This document shows, in pieces, positions 49,192 to 59,503 of a stretch of DNA of 64,000 nt; position 1 is the first letter of the stretch; every line of letters begins with the position of its first letter. The translations under genes and the position numbers were made by a program. Origin of the DNA: a virus. The stretch lies in the IMG/VR virus record IMGVR_UViG_3300028384_001046, positions 32,001-96,000 of that record; one strand, written 5' to 3'. The notes below the pieces were generated by a model. It did not search any database. It was not told the DNA's origin and saw only the letters and a list, made by a program, of their open reading frames with translations.

Positions 49192-50647
49192 TTTAATCAT
49201 TGAAAAGAAAAATGAGGTGTTTCTTAAGATTAAAGCAGAACCTCATGTAAATCAGGAACTATCAGATCATTTTACTTTTGACGTTCCTGGAGCAAAATTT
49301 ATGCCCCAATATCGTAGTAAGTATTGGGATGGAAAGATACGATTATTCTCTACGGCAACTGGAGAAATTTATGTTGGTCTTTTGGATAAAGTATGTGCAT
49401 GGGCAAAAAAATCCGACTACTCTGTAAGTTTTAAAGACAATAAATTTTATGGAACTCCCTTTGAAAAGAATGACAATATCTCTAGGGAAGGTATAGAAGA
49501 TTATATGAAATCAATTTCCAAGCACACTCCTAGAGATTATCAAATTGAAGGAGTATATGATGCGCTTAGATATAATAGAAGGTTATTGATTTCTCCAACT
49601 GCTTCTGGAAAATCTTTGATGATTTATTCTATTGTTAGATATTCGATAGAAAAAGATAGAAAAGTTTTACTAGTTGTTCCTACTACATCATTAGTAGAAC
49701 AGATGTATAAGGACTTTGAAGACTATGGATGGAATGCCCAACAGTATTGTTACAAGATATATGGAGGCAAAACTCGTATTGCCAAAAAGGATGTTGTTAT
49801 CAGTACTTGGCAGTCTATCTACAAAATGGACCGTAAGTGGTTTGGTCAGTTTGATGTCATCATTGGTGATGAGGCACACCAGTTTAAATCCAAGTCTTTA
49901 GTTTCAATCATGTCCAAACTTTCGGATGCCAAGTATCGATATGGATTTACTGGAACTCTTGATGGATCACAAACACATAAATGGGTTTTGGAAGGATTAT
50001 TTGGACCTAGTTATAAGATTACACAAACAGCGGAGTTAATTAAAAAGGGACATTTATCTAAACTTGATATTCGAGTTCTTTTACTAAAACACCCACCAAG
50101 GACATTTGATACTTATGAAGATGAAATTCAATATATTATTTCACATAATCAGAGAACTAACTTTATTAAAAACTTAGCTTTAAGTTTAAAAGGAAATACT
50201 TTAATCTTATTCCAAAGAGTAGAATCTCATGGAAAAATTATTCATGAGTTAATAAATAATTCAGTTGATAATAATCGAAAAGTATTTTATGTTCATGGTG
50301 GTGTAGATGCTGAAGAACGTGAACAGGTAAGAGAAATTACCGAGAGGGAAATAAATTCTATTATTGTTGCTTCATATGGCACCTTCTCTACAGGCATCAA
50401 TATCAAAAATTTACATAACGTAGTTTTTGCTTCGCCTAGTAAATCAAGAATTAGAAATCTCCAATCGATTGGTAGAGTTCTAAGAAAAGGAAGCAATAAA
50501 GATAAAGCCATGCTTTACGATATTGCAGATGATATTACTTGTCAAGGGAAAAAAAACTACACTCTCAATCATTTAATCGAAAGAATTAAAATTTATACCG
50601 AAGAAGATTTTAATTATGAATTTACCCAAATAAAATTAAAAAACTAA
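49184..50647 (+). CDS. uvsW: SF2 helicase UvsW
   Basis: PTASGKS, DEAH, GFTGT, QSIGRVLR. Confidence 0.95.
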   Translation: MTDLIIEKKNEVFLKIKAEPHVNQELSDHFTFDVPGAKFMPQYRSKYWDGKIRLFSTATGEIYVGLLDKVCAWAKKSDYSVSFKDNKFYGTPFEKNDNISREGIEDYMKSISKHTPRDYQIEGVYDALRYNRRLLISPTASGKSLMIYSIVRYSIEKDRKVLLVVPTTSLVEQMYKDFEDYGWNAQQYCYKIYGGKTRIAKKDVVISTWQSIYKMDRKWFGQFDVIIGDEAHQFKSKSLVSIMSKLSDAKYRYGFTGTLDGSQTHKWVLEGLFGPSYKITQTAELIKKGHLSKLDIRVLLLKHPPRTFDTYEDEIQYIISHNQRTNFIKNLALSLKGNTLILFQRVESHGKIIHELINNSVDNNRKVFYVHGGVDAEEREQVREITEREINSIIVASYGTFSTGINIKNLHNVVFASPSKSRIRNLQSIGRVLRKGSNKDKAMLYDIADDITCQGKKNYTLNHLIERIKIYTEEDFNYEFTQIKLKN

Positions 50648-50648
50648 T

Positions 50649-51053
50649 ATGGAAGAAGAATTTTATGGAACAATAAAGTTAGTCAGCGGCGAAGAAATCT
50701 TTGCAGAAATTCTTCCAACAGAAGAAAATGGGAGAAGAGTTTTAGTTCTTAGTGATCCAGTTTCTATTGAATCAATATCAATTTCTTCAGGAGAAGGCCT
50801 GCGAATGATTCCTTGGATTAAAACAAATCCAAACGAAGGAATAGTAGTAATTCCAATGCAACATGTGATCACAGTTGTAGAAGCATCTGAAAAATCAGAT
50901 GTAGTGGAGTCTTACATGAATTTTGTCAGATCAAAATTTAATAGACTGTATAAAAAACAAGGCAATGGAACAAAAGTATTCAAAACAACAGTAGAACAAG
51001 CTCGAAAAGAACTTGAAAAGATTTATAAGATAGAATCTAAAGAAGCTGAATAG
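50649..51053 (+). CDS. Conserved hypothetical protein (possible Sm-like fold)
   Basis: IKLVSGEEIFA...PW motif; usual position after uvsW. Confidence 0.6.
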   Translation: MEEEFYGTIKLVSGEEIFAEILPTEENGRRVLVLSDPVSIESISISSGEGLRMIPWIKTNPNEGIVVIPMQHVITVVEASEKSDVVESYMNFVRSKFNRLYKKQGNGTKVFKTTVEQARKELEKIYKIESKEAE

Positions 51054-51106
51054 TGCTTCTGAACTCTGGCAGAGTAATCATACACAAAATATAGAGCCTT
51101 GTCAAG

Positions 51107-51135
51107 TTGTCAGTTTCTGCACTTCATGATACAAT
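51107..51135 (+). promoter_or_regulatory. sigma70-type promoter for gp55
   Basis: TTGTCA-17 nt-TACAAT with an extended -10 TG. Confidence 0.7.
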
Positions 51136-51161
51136 ATTAATATTTACAGGAGATCAATGAA

Positions 51162-51635
51162 ATGGCTGCTAGAAAGAGGTCTGAACATTATGTAAACAAC
51201 AAAGAATTTTTGTATGCTATTGTTCAGTATAAGAAAGATGTAAAGGATGCTGAGGAAGCAGGTCAACCAAAACCTCGCATCACAAATTATCTTGGGGAAT
51301 GCTTTTTGAAGATTGCAACCCACCTATCCTACAAACCAAACTTTGTTAATTACATGTTTCGTGAGGACATGATTTGTGATGGTATTGAAAACTGCGTTCA
51401 GTATATTCACAATTTTAATCCAGAAAAATCTACCAATCCCTTTGCTTACTTCACTCAGATTATTCACTACGCTTTTCTGAGACGTATTCAAAAAGAGAAG
51501 AAGCAGATGGAAATCAGAACCAAGATTCTTGAGAGATCTGGTTATGATGAAGTATTTACAGTCGATGATGACCATGGTAACTCTTTCGAGTATAATAGTA
51601 TTAAAGACACCATTCAGTCTAAGATGTATCAATGA
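51162..51635 (+). CDS. gp55: Late-transcription sigma factor gp55
   Basis: HYVNNKEF, NFVNYMFREDMICDGIENC, NPFAYFTQI..AFLRRIQKEKKQ. Confidence 0.95.
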   Translation: MAARKRSEHYVNNKEFLYAIVQYKKDVKDAEEAGQPKPRITNYLGECFLKIATHLSYKPNFVNYMFREDMICDGIENCVQYIHNFNPEKSTNPFAYFTQIIHYAFLRRIQKEKKQMEIRTKILERSGYDEVFTVDDDHGNSFEYNSIKDTIQSKMYQ

Positions 51636-52675
51636 AGATTGCGATTATTACGGACACGCATTATGGTTGTAGGCGGTCGTCTAAGGCTTTTCATGATTAT
51701 TTTCAAAAATTTTATGATGACATTTTCTTTCCTTACATAAAGGAAGAAGGAATCACTCATTGTATTCATATGGGTGATGCTTTTGATAATAGAAAAAGTA
51801 TTGATTTTTGGGCTCTTGATTGGGCTAGAACAAATGTATATGATAAATTTAGAGATCTTGGTGTGAAGGTCTGGCAACTTGCAGGCAATCATGATACATA
51901 TTTCAAAAATACTAATGAAGTCAATTCTATTGATTCTCTTCTGAAAGATTATGATAATCTAATTCCGATTTCATCTCCTGGTGAATATGATATTGATGGA
52001 TTCAAAGCTTTCATGATTCCTTGGATTTGTGATGATAATTTGGAAGAAACGAAGAAAAAAATAGATAAAACAAAAATCAAAGTTGCTTTTGGTCATCTTG
52101 AAATCAATGGGTTTCAACTGTATCCTGGGTGCGTTCAACAGGGGGGTATCGATAAAGAACTGTTCAAGAAGTTTCAGTTAGTATTTTCTGGGCATTATCA
52201 TACTCGTAGTAATGATGGACAAGTATATTACCTTGGCAATCCATATCAAATGTATTGGAATGATGTTGGTGACATTCGTGGATTTAATGTGATTGACACT
52301 GAAACTTATGAAATGGAGTTCATTCAAAATCCATATACAATGTTTGAAAAGGTTTACTACGATGATACTCCCTCCGAACTTTTCAAAGCCCATCTATACG
52401 AAAATAAGATTGTCAAATTAATTGTTAGGAAAAAAACAGATCAAAAAAAATTCGATAAATTTGTAGATAAACTTCTCAAATCCAAAGCAATTGATATTAA
52501 GATTATTGAATCTTTGGATGTCAATGATTCGGAGGTTGATTTTAATGGAGATGCTGTAGAAGACACACTAACACTTCTCAATAAATATATTGAAGACTCG
52601 GACTTTGATCTTAGTAAAAGTCGAGTAAAGGACTTGCTTCGTGAAGTCTATCTTGAAGCTTGCGAAATGGAGTAA
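51632..52675 (+). CDS. gp47: Recombination nuclease gp47 (Mre11/SbcD-like)
   Basis: DTHYG, GDAFD, GNHD, GHLE, SGHYH. Confidence 0.95.
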   Translation: MKIAIITDTHYGCRRSSKAFHDYFQKFYDDIFFPYIKEEGITHCIHMGDAFDNRKSIDFWALDWARTNVYDKFRDLGVKVWQLAGNHDTYFKNTNEVNSIDSLLKDYDNLIPISSPGEYDIDGFKAFMIPWICDDNLEETKKKIDKTKIKVAFGHLEINGFQLYPGCVQQGGIDKELFKKFQLVFSGHYHTRSNDGQVYYLGNPYQMYWNDVGDIRGFNVIDTETYEMEFIQNPYTMFEKVYYDDTPSELFKAHLYENKIVKLIVRKKTDQKKFDKFVDKLLKSKAIDIKIIESLDVNDSEVDFNGDAVEDTLTLLNKYIEDSDFDLSKSRVKDLLREVYLEACEME

Positions 52676-52677
52676 AG

Positions 52678-52950
52678 ATGTTCATTCTATCACTCTCGGG
52701 ACATGAAGGAGAAGGTGCTTATTCGTTGGAAGATGACGAAGGCATTAAACAACTTTACATGTTTGAGGAAGAGGATGATGCTGAAAGATATGCAGGACTT
52801 TTAGAAGCCGATGATTATCATAAATTATCCGTTGTTGAAATTGATGAAGAACTTGCCATCGAAGCTTGCAACAGGTATAATTATAAGTACATAATCGTGA
52901 CACCCGAAGATATAGTATTCCCTCCGTATGATAGTATTTCAGAAGATTAG
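52678..52950 (+). CDS. Small acidic hypothetical protein
   Basis: EGAY...LYMFEEEDDAERYAGLLEA motif between gp47 and gp46. Confidence 0.65.
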   Translation: MFILSLSGHEGEGAYSLEDDEGIKQLYMFEEEDDAERYAGLLEADDYHKLSVVEIDEELAIEACNRYNYKYIIVTPEDIVFPPYDSISED

Positions 52951-54643
52951 GTGGAAAAACTTTCTTTCTACAGGAAATAACTTCAATGATATTGATTTTA
53001 GAAAGTCTCCAACAACACTTATTGTTGGATCGAATGGTGCTGGAAAATCTACAATTTTAGACGCTCTTACTTTTGTCTTATACAATAAGCCGTTTAGGAA
53101 AGTAAACAAGAGTCAACTAGTAAACAGTGTTAACGAAAAAGATTGCATTGTTGAAATTGAATTTGATATCAATGATAGATCTTATAAAGTTATTAGGGGC
53201 ATCAAACCTAATGTGTTTGAGATTCACTGTAATGGAGAATTATGGAACCAGGACGCATCTGCTCTTGACCAACAAAAACATTTAGAAGATAATATTTTAA
53301 AGTTAAACTATAAGTCTTTCACTCAAACAGTTATTCTTGGTTCAGCTACTTTTGTTCCATTTATGCAACTCAGTTCTTCTCACAGGAGAGATATTGTTGA
53401 GGATCTTTTGGACATTAAGATTTTTTCTGGCATGGGAAAAATTCTTGCTGATAGAATGAGACAGATAAAACAAGATATTCGAGATCTGTCACTTCAAAAA
53501 GATTTGGTGGAAGAAAAAATTTCCATGCAAAAAAACTTTATTAAAGACCTAGATGAGAGAGGTAAGGTTAATATTGAGAATAAGAAGTCTAAAATTGAAG
53601 CGTTGTCAAAAGATATTGACAACTTGATGGGGGATAACCGTACACTCAATGAAAATATTAGAGATGTGTATCAACCACAACTTCAAGAACTGAGTGACCC
53701 CACAAAATCTCTCAGGAGGATGAATGGAGTCAAAGCAAAACTGGAACAAAAGATACAAAACATAACCAAAGAACATAAGTTTTTCAAGGATAATTCGGTT
53801 TGTCCCACCTGTGGACAGGATATTGAGGAACAGTTTCGTGTAAATAAAGTAGGAGAGATTGAAGATCAAGTACAAGAAATTAATACGGCATACAAAGCAC
53901 TCAAGAAAACTATCTCTGAAGAACAGGATAGGGAGAAAGAGTTTGCTCAGCTCTCTAAGTTGATCTCTGACAAAACGCATGACATCTCTACTAACAATAC
54001 TAAAATCTCTGAATATCAAAAACAAACCAGAAGTTTGGAATCTGAAATTCAAGAGATTGCCTCGCAAATTGCAAACAGAAATTCTGAGAGAGATGCCCTT
54101 AAAAAGTTAGAAAAGGAACTTAAGTCGGTAGAGAAGAACAAGTCCGAACAGACAGAAAGTGTTTCCTATCTAGATTTTGCTCATTCCCTTATGAAGGATA
54201 ACGGAGTTAAATCTAAGATCATTAAAAGATATCTCCCAGTGATGAATAAGCAGATCAATATGTATCTGCAACAAATGGATTTCTATATCAACTTTACATT
54301 GGATGAGGAATTTAAGGAGAATGTCAAGTCTCCTATTCATGAGAACTTTAGTTATGATTCCTTTTCCGAAGGCGAAAAAATGAGAATTGATCTTGCTCTT
54401 CTGTTTACTTGGAGAGATATTGCCAAGATGAAGAATTCATCATCTACAAATCTTCTTATCTTGGATGAGATCTTTGATAGTTCTTTGGATGGAACTGGAA
54501 CAGACGAGTTTACAAAGATTGTGAGATATGCTATTAAAGATGCAAATGTGTTTGTCATTTCACATAATACTCAGGATCTTCAAGACAGATTTGATAGTAT
54601 GATTACCTTTAGTAAGATAAACGGATTCTCAAAAGTCAGTTGA
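52928..54643 (+). CDS. gp46: Recombination ATPase gp46 (Rad50/SbcC-like)
   Basis: GSNGAGKS, CPTCGQ zinc hook, FSEGEKMRIDLA, LILDEIFDSSLD. Confidence 0.95.
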   Translation: MIVFQKIRWKNFLSTGNNFNDIDFRKSPTTLIVGSNGAGKSTILDALTFVLYNKPFRKVNKSQLVNSVNEKDCIVEIEFDINDRSYKVIRGIKPNVFEIHCNGELWNQDASALDQQKHLEDNILKLNYKSFTQTVILGSATFVPFMQLSSSHRRDIVEDLLDIKIFSGMGKILADRMRQIKQDIRDLSLQKDLVEEKISMQKNFIKDLDERGKVNIENKKSKIEALSKDIDNLMGDNRTLNENIRDVYQPQLQELSDPTKSLRRMNGVKAKLEQKIQNITKEHKFFKDNSVCPTCGQDIEEQFRVNKVGEIEDQVQEINTAYKALKKTISEEQDREKEFAQLSKLISDKTHDISTNNTKISEYQKQTRSLESEIQEIASQIANRNSERDALKKLEKELKSVEKNKSEQTESVSYLDFAHSLMKDNGVKSKIIKRYLPVMNKQINMYLQQMDFYINFTLDEEFKENVKSPIHENFSYDSFSEGEKMRIDLALLFTWRDIAKMKNSSSTNLLILDEIFDSSLDGTGTDEFTKIVRYAIKDANVFVISHNTQDLQDRFDSMITFSKINGFSKVS

Positions 54644-54700
54644 AGAACTGTCCATGGGGGCATGGACCATGCCTTGGTATGATGTATAGTATATGCATAC
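54637..54700 (+). promoter_or_regulatory. Repeated putative regulatory element, copy 1
   Basis: CAGT-N5-AACTG, stem GTCCATG/CATGGAC, then TATAGTATATGCATAC. Confidence 0.5.
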
Positions 54701-54712
54701 GAGACAACTTCC

Positions 54713-56878
54713 ATGGTCAACTACGAAGTCAAGGGACAACTTGCAAAGCTTCTTGCAACTGAAGATCTCATCATTGAGAACAGGACAGTCTCTACTGCAT
54801 CCTTTGATGTTCGTAGGAGAGTTCTTACTCTTCCGTTGTGGGAACGTGCTTCTACGACCGTATATGATCTTCTTGTGGGTCATGAAGTAGGACACGCTTT
54901 ATATACACCAGATACTAATTGGAAACTGAAATATCCTGATCTTCCTGGCAGTTTTGTCAATGTTTTGGAAGACTCTAGGGTAGAGAGACTGATCAAGAGG
55001 AAGTTTCCTGGGATGACCAAAACTTTTTATCGTGGATATTATCATCTCTCTGACCAAGATTTCTTTGGGATTGATGATGAAGATGTTGACTCCATGTCTT
55101 TCATGGATCGCATCAATCTTTATATCAAAATCGGTAACTTTATTGATATAAACTTCACTGAAAATGAAAAGAGCCTTGTCTCAGAAGTTGAGCGCACTGA
55201 AACATTTGAAGAAGTTCTAGAACTTTCTTTCAAAATCTTTAAATATTTGAAAGAAATGGAAGTAAAATCTCCTCCTCAAGTTGAGACTCCTGCTGGTAAT
55301 AAACAGGGTGATGTAGAGGACACACCTTCCCCCCAAAGTTCTCCTGAAGGTTCTAATGATAAAGATGATAAATCTGATTCTGAATCGGAATCTGATAATG
55401 ACTTTAGCGAGTTTACTAATGAGATCCCAGAAGAACCTAGGGGTGGTTCTGAGTTTGATACAGTTACTGATAAGAACTTCGATGATGCCGTCGAAGAATT
55501 GAATAGTGACTATCCATCTCGTCGCGATATTAATTACTTGGAGACCCCAGAAGTTAAAATTGACAATGTAATTGCAAAAAATTCTGAGATTCATGAGACT
55601 CTGAATAATTTTTATGAAATTACTTTTCAAATGAGAAAAAATGAGTATGGGGTAGAAGTTGCTAATGAAATCTTTTCTGGAGTAGATAATGAGTACCTAC
55701 TCTTCAAAAAACAATCACAGAAAGAAGTCAACTACCTCGTCAAAGAATTTGAGTGCCGTAAAGCCGCAGACTCTTATGCTCGTGCTGCTGTTAGTAGGAC
55801 TGGAGTTCTTGATACAGGGAAGTTACATACTTATCGATACAATGAAGACCTGTTCAAAAAAGTAACAACTATTGCTGACGGCAAGAATCATGGTCTAGTG
55901 TTTGTTCTAGACTGGTCTGGATCTATGTCCGATGTCCTTATGGATACAGTGAAGCAACTATATAACCTGATTTGGTTTTGTAAAAAAGTCAACATTCCTT
56001 ATGAGGTATATGCTTTCACCAATCATTGGGCTTCTTGGAAACGTGATAATGATGGACATTATCAAGATCCTGAAGATCATGTGGATGAGAAAATTGAAAA
56101 TCAATTCCATATTTCTCCCGACTTTCACATGATGAATGTTCTCTCTAGTAAAGTTCGATCTTCTGATTTTGAGAATCAGATGAAAAACTTCTATCGACTT
56201 GCGTATAGTGCTGATTCCAGGGGATATCGATGGGGTGGTGCTAGTTATCAAATTCCTGCACAACTTTCTCTTTCTGGAACTCCTTTGCATGAAGCTCTGA
56301 TCTCCTTAAATGCAATTCTCCCGCAGTTCAAAAAATTTACGGGGGTGGATAAAATGCATACTATTATCCTTACCGATGGTGAAGCTCCTCCTTTGAAATA
56401 TCACCGAATGATTTCTTATAATGAACGGAAACCTTTCTGGGGATTGCGTCAGGTTTATATGGAGGATTTTATCCGAGACCGCAAAACTGGAAACTCATTT
56501 AGGATTGATCATCCTTATCATGGTCTTACTACTGCTCTTTTAAATCAGCTGCGAGTTCGATTTCCTCAAACCAGCTTTATTGGTATGCGACTTCTTTCTC
56601 CTAGAGATGCAAGTGCTTTTATCCGCCGATTTATTACAAATTGTGGAGAGTCGGAAAAACTGATTGCTCAATACAAGAAAGATAGGTCTTTCTCTATGGT
56701 TGATGTTGGTTATCAAACATACTTTGGTCTTTCTTCATCTGCCCTCAATTCTGACTCTTCTTTTGAAGTAAATGAAGACGCTACGAAAGCTCAGATTAAA
56801 TCCGCTTTCAAAAAATCTTTGTCTGCTAAAAAGATGAATAAAAAAATTCTTGGAGAGTTTATTTCTCTGATTGCCTAA
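54713..56878 (+). CDS. Metallopeptidase-like plus vWA domain protein (CobT-like partner)
   Basis: HEVGH zincin motif, NVLEDSRVE, DWSGSM MIDAS motif, LTDGE. Confidence 0.8.
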   Translation: MVNYEVKGQLAKLLATEDLIIENRTVSTASFDVRRRVLTLPLWERASTTVYDLLVGHEVGHALYTPDTNWKLKYPDLPGSFVNVLEDSRVERLIKRKFPGMTKTFYRGYYHLSDQDFFGIDDEDVDSMSFMDRINLYIKIGNFIDINFTENEKSLVSEVERTETFEEVLELSFKIFKYLKEMEVKSPPQVETPAGNKQGDVEDTPSPQSSPEGSNDKDDKSDSESESDNDFSEFTNEIPEEPRGGSEFDTVTDKNFDDAVEELNSDYPSRRDINYLETPEVKIDNVIAKNSEIHETLNNFYEITFQMRKNEYGVEVANEIFSGVDNEYLLFKKQSQKEVNYLVKEFECRKAADSYARAAVSRTGVLDTGKLHTYRYNEDLFKKVTTIADGKNHGLVFVLDWSGSMSDVLMDTVKQLYNLIWFCKKVNIPYEVYAFTNHWASWKRDNDGHYQDPEDHVDEKIENQFHISPDFHMMNVLSSKVRSSDFENQMKNFYRLAYSADSRGYRWGGASYQIPAQLSLSGTPLHEALISLNAILPQFKKFTGVDKMHTIILTDGEAPPLKYHRMISYNERKPFWGLRQVYMEDFIRDRKTGNSFRIDHPYHGLTTALLNQLRVRFPQTSFIGMRLLSPRDASAFIRRFITNCGESEKLIAQYKKDRSFSMVDVGYQTYFGLSSSALNSDSSFEVNEDATKAQIKSAFKKSLSAKKMNKKILGEFISLIA

Positions 56879-56881
56879 AAC

Positions 56882-56946
56882 CAGTCAGGAAACTGGCACA
56901 AAATCCCAAGACACACTGGGTTTTTCTCAGTATATTGTATACATAC
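56882..56946 (+). promoter_or_regulatory. Repeated putative regulatory element, copy 2
   Basis: CAGT-N5-AACTG, imperfect stem CCCAAG/CTGGG, then TATATTGTATACATAC. Confidence 0.5.
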
Positions 56947-56960
56947 CAATGAGGTTTCAA

Positions 56961-58052
56961 ATGACCGCCCGCGTGAACTCCGATTCTCTGATTAACTCTC
57001 TTCGTGATCTTTATGGAGAGACTATTACGTCTGCTGACGTTCGTGGCTATTGTGCATCCAATGGTGTTTCTTATCCTACCGTCACTAAGTATCTTGATAG
57101 TTACAAGTCTGGTCGTGGTAAGTGGAATCTGACAGTTCAGGAAGCTCGGCAACAACTTGAAACAGCAGCTTCTGCACCTGCGTTCATTCCTCCTGTCGAA
57201 CAAAATCTTATCCCACAGAAAGATGATACTTTCGTCAAGTTTGGTAATTTCACTGATATTAAAAAAATTATTAAGTCCAATCTATTCTATCCGACGTTCA
57301 TTACTGGTCTTTCTGGTAACGGCAAGACGTTCTCTATCGAACAAGCGTGTGCTCAACTCGGACGGGAACTCATCCGTGTAAACATTACTATCGAGACAGA
57401 TGAAGATGATCTCATTGGTGGATTCCGTCTCGTCAATGGTGAAACCGTTTGGCACAATGGTCCAGTCATCGAAGCCCTGGAGCGCGGTGCGATTCTACTG
57501 CTTGACGAGATTGACCTGGCTTCCAACAAGATTCTTTGCCTTCAATCAATTCTCGAAGGAAAAGGTGTCTTCCTAAAGAAAATCGGTAAGTTTGTTCGAC
57601 CTACTGCAGGTTTCAATGTCATCGCCACGGCCAACACCAAGGGCAAGGGATCTGATGATGGACGATTCATTGGAACTAATGTGCTCAACGAAGCATTCCT
57701 AGAGCGTTTCCCTGTCACCTTTGAGCAGGAGTATCCAACTCCGTCAACTGAACAAAAGATTCTTGAAGGTATTGCTCTGGATCTTGGCGTAGAAGATCGT
57801 GACTTCTGCAAACGTCTTGTGGACTGGGCAGATATTATTCGTAAGACCTTTTATGACGGTGGTGTTGAGGAAATTATCTCTACTCGTCGTCTCGTCCACA
57901 TTATCCGTGCTTATAACATCTTTGGTGATAAAGCGAAAGCAATTCAAGTTTGCTTGAATCGTTTCGATGATGAGACGAAGCAAGCATTCATGGATCTCTA
58001 CGATAAAGTAGATACCGAAGTTGATTTTGGAGAAGGAGAAGAAAATGAATGA
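56961..58052 (+). CDS. cobS: CobS/MoxR-like AAA+ ATPase
   Basis: GLSGNGKT, DEDDLIGG, LLLDEID, TANTKG, AFLERF, ISTRRL; GAGG RBS before 56961. Confidence 0.85.
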   Translation: MTARVNSDSLINSLRDLYGETITSADVRGYCASNGVSYPTVTKYLDSYKSGRGKWNLTVQEARQQLETAASAPAFIPPVEQNLIPQKDDTFVKFGNFTDIKKIIKSNLFYPTFITGLSGNGKTFSIEQACAQLGRELIRVNITIETDEDDLIGGFRLVNGETVWHNGPVIEALERGAILLLDEIDLASNKILCLQSILEGKGVFLKKIGKFVRPTAGFNVIATANTKGKGSDDGRFIGTNVLNEAFLERFPVTFEQEYPTPSTEQKILEGIALDLGVEDRDFCKRLVDWADIIRKTFYDGGVEEIISTRRLVHIIRAYNIFGDKAKAIQVCLNRFDDETKQAFMDLYDKVDTEVDFGEGEENE

Positions 58053-58680
58053 TTTGTGGTTGAATTGGAAAATCGCAGTTTTTGAAACATTTCCTGAACT
58101 GTATCACCATTCGACTTGGGCTAATTGGGAGGGAAAAGGAACCTCCCTCTTAGCCAAACTTTACGGAACACCTAAAGATAGGTACATCAATAAGTCTAGG
58201 GAGGTTGAGATCTGGGACGATAAATCCTGCATCTACAACAACATCATCTATCCTAGGACAGGTGAAAATCTCCCTTGCTTTGGTATGGACCTTATGGGGT
58301 TCTTTGAAAAGAAAGTCATTATTGTATTTGACTTTCAACATCCAGTAGAGAATTACTTGTTCTCTCATCCTGATCTGCCAAAGGCGGAAGGAAATTACAG
58401 GTTCTTTGAACCTGGAAATCACTTCTCAGAAAACATTTACGTTGCTAAATGTACTATGTCTGAAGTGGATGAACACCTGGAAATGTTCAAGAAATACTTG
58501 ACTGTTTACAAAGAAATGTTAGAATGTAAGAAACCTAGCGGGTTTTCAATGTATTCTACATACGGAGATTTCGACAAATATATGAGGAGACTTGATCCCG
58601 TTGGTGGATATCTTTCTAGTAAATTTGGAGAAGAAAAAGCAGAATCATTGGTAAACGATTTCCTTTTCTGTTATGGTTAA
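58045..58680 (+). CDS. pebS: Phycoerythrobilin synthase (ferredoxin-dependent bilin reductase)
   Basis: IYPRTGENLPCFGMDLM, VIIVFDFQHP, YRFFEPGNHFS, LDPV, VNDFLF. Confidence 0.9.
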   Translation: MNDLWLNWKIAVFETFPELYHHSTWANWEGKGTSLLAKLYGTPKDRYINKSREVEIWDDKSCIYNNIIYPRTGENLPCFGMDLMGFFEKKVIIVFDFQHPVENYLFSHPDLPKAEGNYRFFEPGNHFSENIYVAKCTMSEVDEHLEMFKKYLTVYKEMLECKKPSGFSMYSTYGDFDKYMRRLDPVGGYLSSKFGEEKAESLVNDFLFCYG

Positions 58681-59503
58681 CTCCTGGTCTTTACTTTATG
58701 ATGAACTTATGAGCCAAGAACATTCTAAGTATTGGTACGATTATGATCGCAATGATCCTGATCGTAAAAATCCTTTTGCAAAAGAGGATGATGGACGTGA
58801 TGAAGATGGTCGATATCCTGCCGATCATCCAAGTCAAGAATTTTGGTATGAAGATGGTATTAGTCTGACTGGAAATCCTGCGCCTTCGGCACAAGATACA
58901 ATCAATTTAGACTTTGGCACATCCGACCAAGGTATTGTAAACTTCGGTGCAGCACAACCAGTTCCTATGGACGGTATTTTTGGTGGTGCTGGAACCGATA
59001 TTCTTAATTTTGATATGAACTCATCTGATATGGATTTCATCAGTGCTAATGGAGGGTTTGAATACACTCCACTTTCTGGTGAAGTTTCTGCACGAACTGA
59101 TGATTGGGTTTACGAATCTCCCGATGGAGGTAAAACTGTAACTCGTCGTCGTCCTGGTGCTGACTATACAACTAAAGAAGTAATTAAAACAGAGGAAAAA
59201 TCCCCTCATTTCTGGCAGTACGAAGAAGATAAAACTCTTAAGGAGGTTCGTGAATATATTTCGGGAACCTATCATTCCCACTATACATCCAAAGAGTCTA
59301 AGACGCAGACTCTCGATTTGATTGAAAGTATCGGTGATGCAGAAGCATTCACTCGATCTAACGCTATCAAATATCTGTCACGGTTTGGTAAGAAGGATGG
59401 CAAATCCAAACTTGACATCCTAAAAGCCATCCACTATTGTATTCTTCTCTACCATTTCGCTGGACTTCATAATGCAAACAAAAACCCCTTTGAAACTTTC
59501 TGA
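58673..59503 (+). CDS. DUF3310-like protein with long acidic N-terminal extension
   Basis: C-terminal TYHSHY...NAIKYLSRFGKKDG...DILKAIHY. Confidence 0.65.
   Translation: MVNSWSLLYDELMSQEHSKYWYDYDRNDPDRKNPFAKEDDGRDEDGRYPADHPSQEFWYEDGISLTGNPAPSAQDTINLDFGTSDQGIVNFGAAQPVPMDGIFGGAGTDILNFDMNSSDMDFISANGGFEYTPLSGEVSARTDDWVYESPDGGKTVTRRRPGADYTTKEVIKTEEKSPHFWQYEEDKTLKEVREYISGTYHSHYTSKESKTQTLDLIESIGDAEAFTRSNAIKYLSRFGKKDGKSKLDILKAIHYCILLYHFAGLHNANKNPFETF

Noticed and set aside
54713-58052. Cobalamin biosynthesis (cobS/cobT)
   Set aside because: No CobN or other cob genes. A generic MoxR-AAA/vWA chaperone pair is the more parsimonious reading.
59412-59440. TTGACA-17-TATTGT promoter inside the DUF3310-like gene, upstream of gp45
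   Set aside because: Plausible but falls on the conserved coding motif LDILKAIHY and has a weak -10; not supportable without TSS data.
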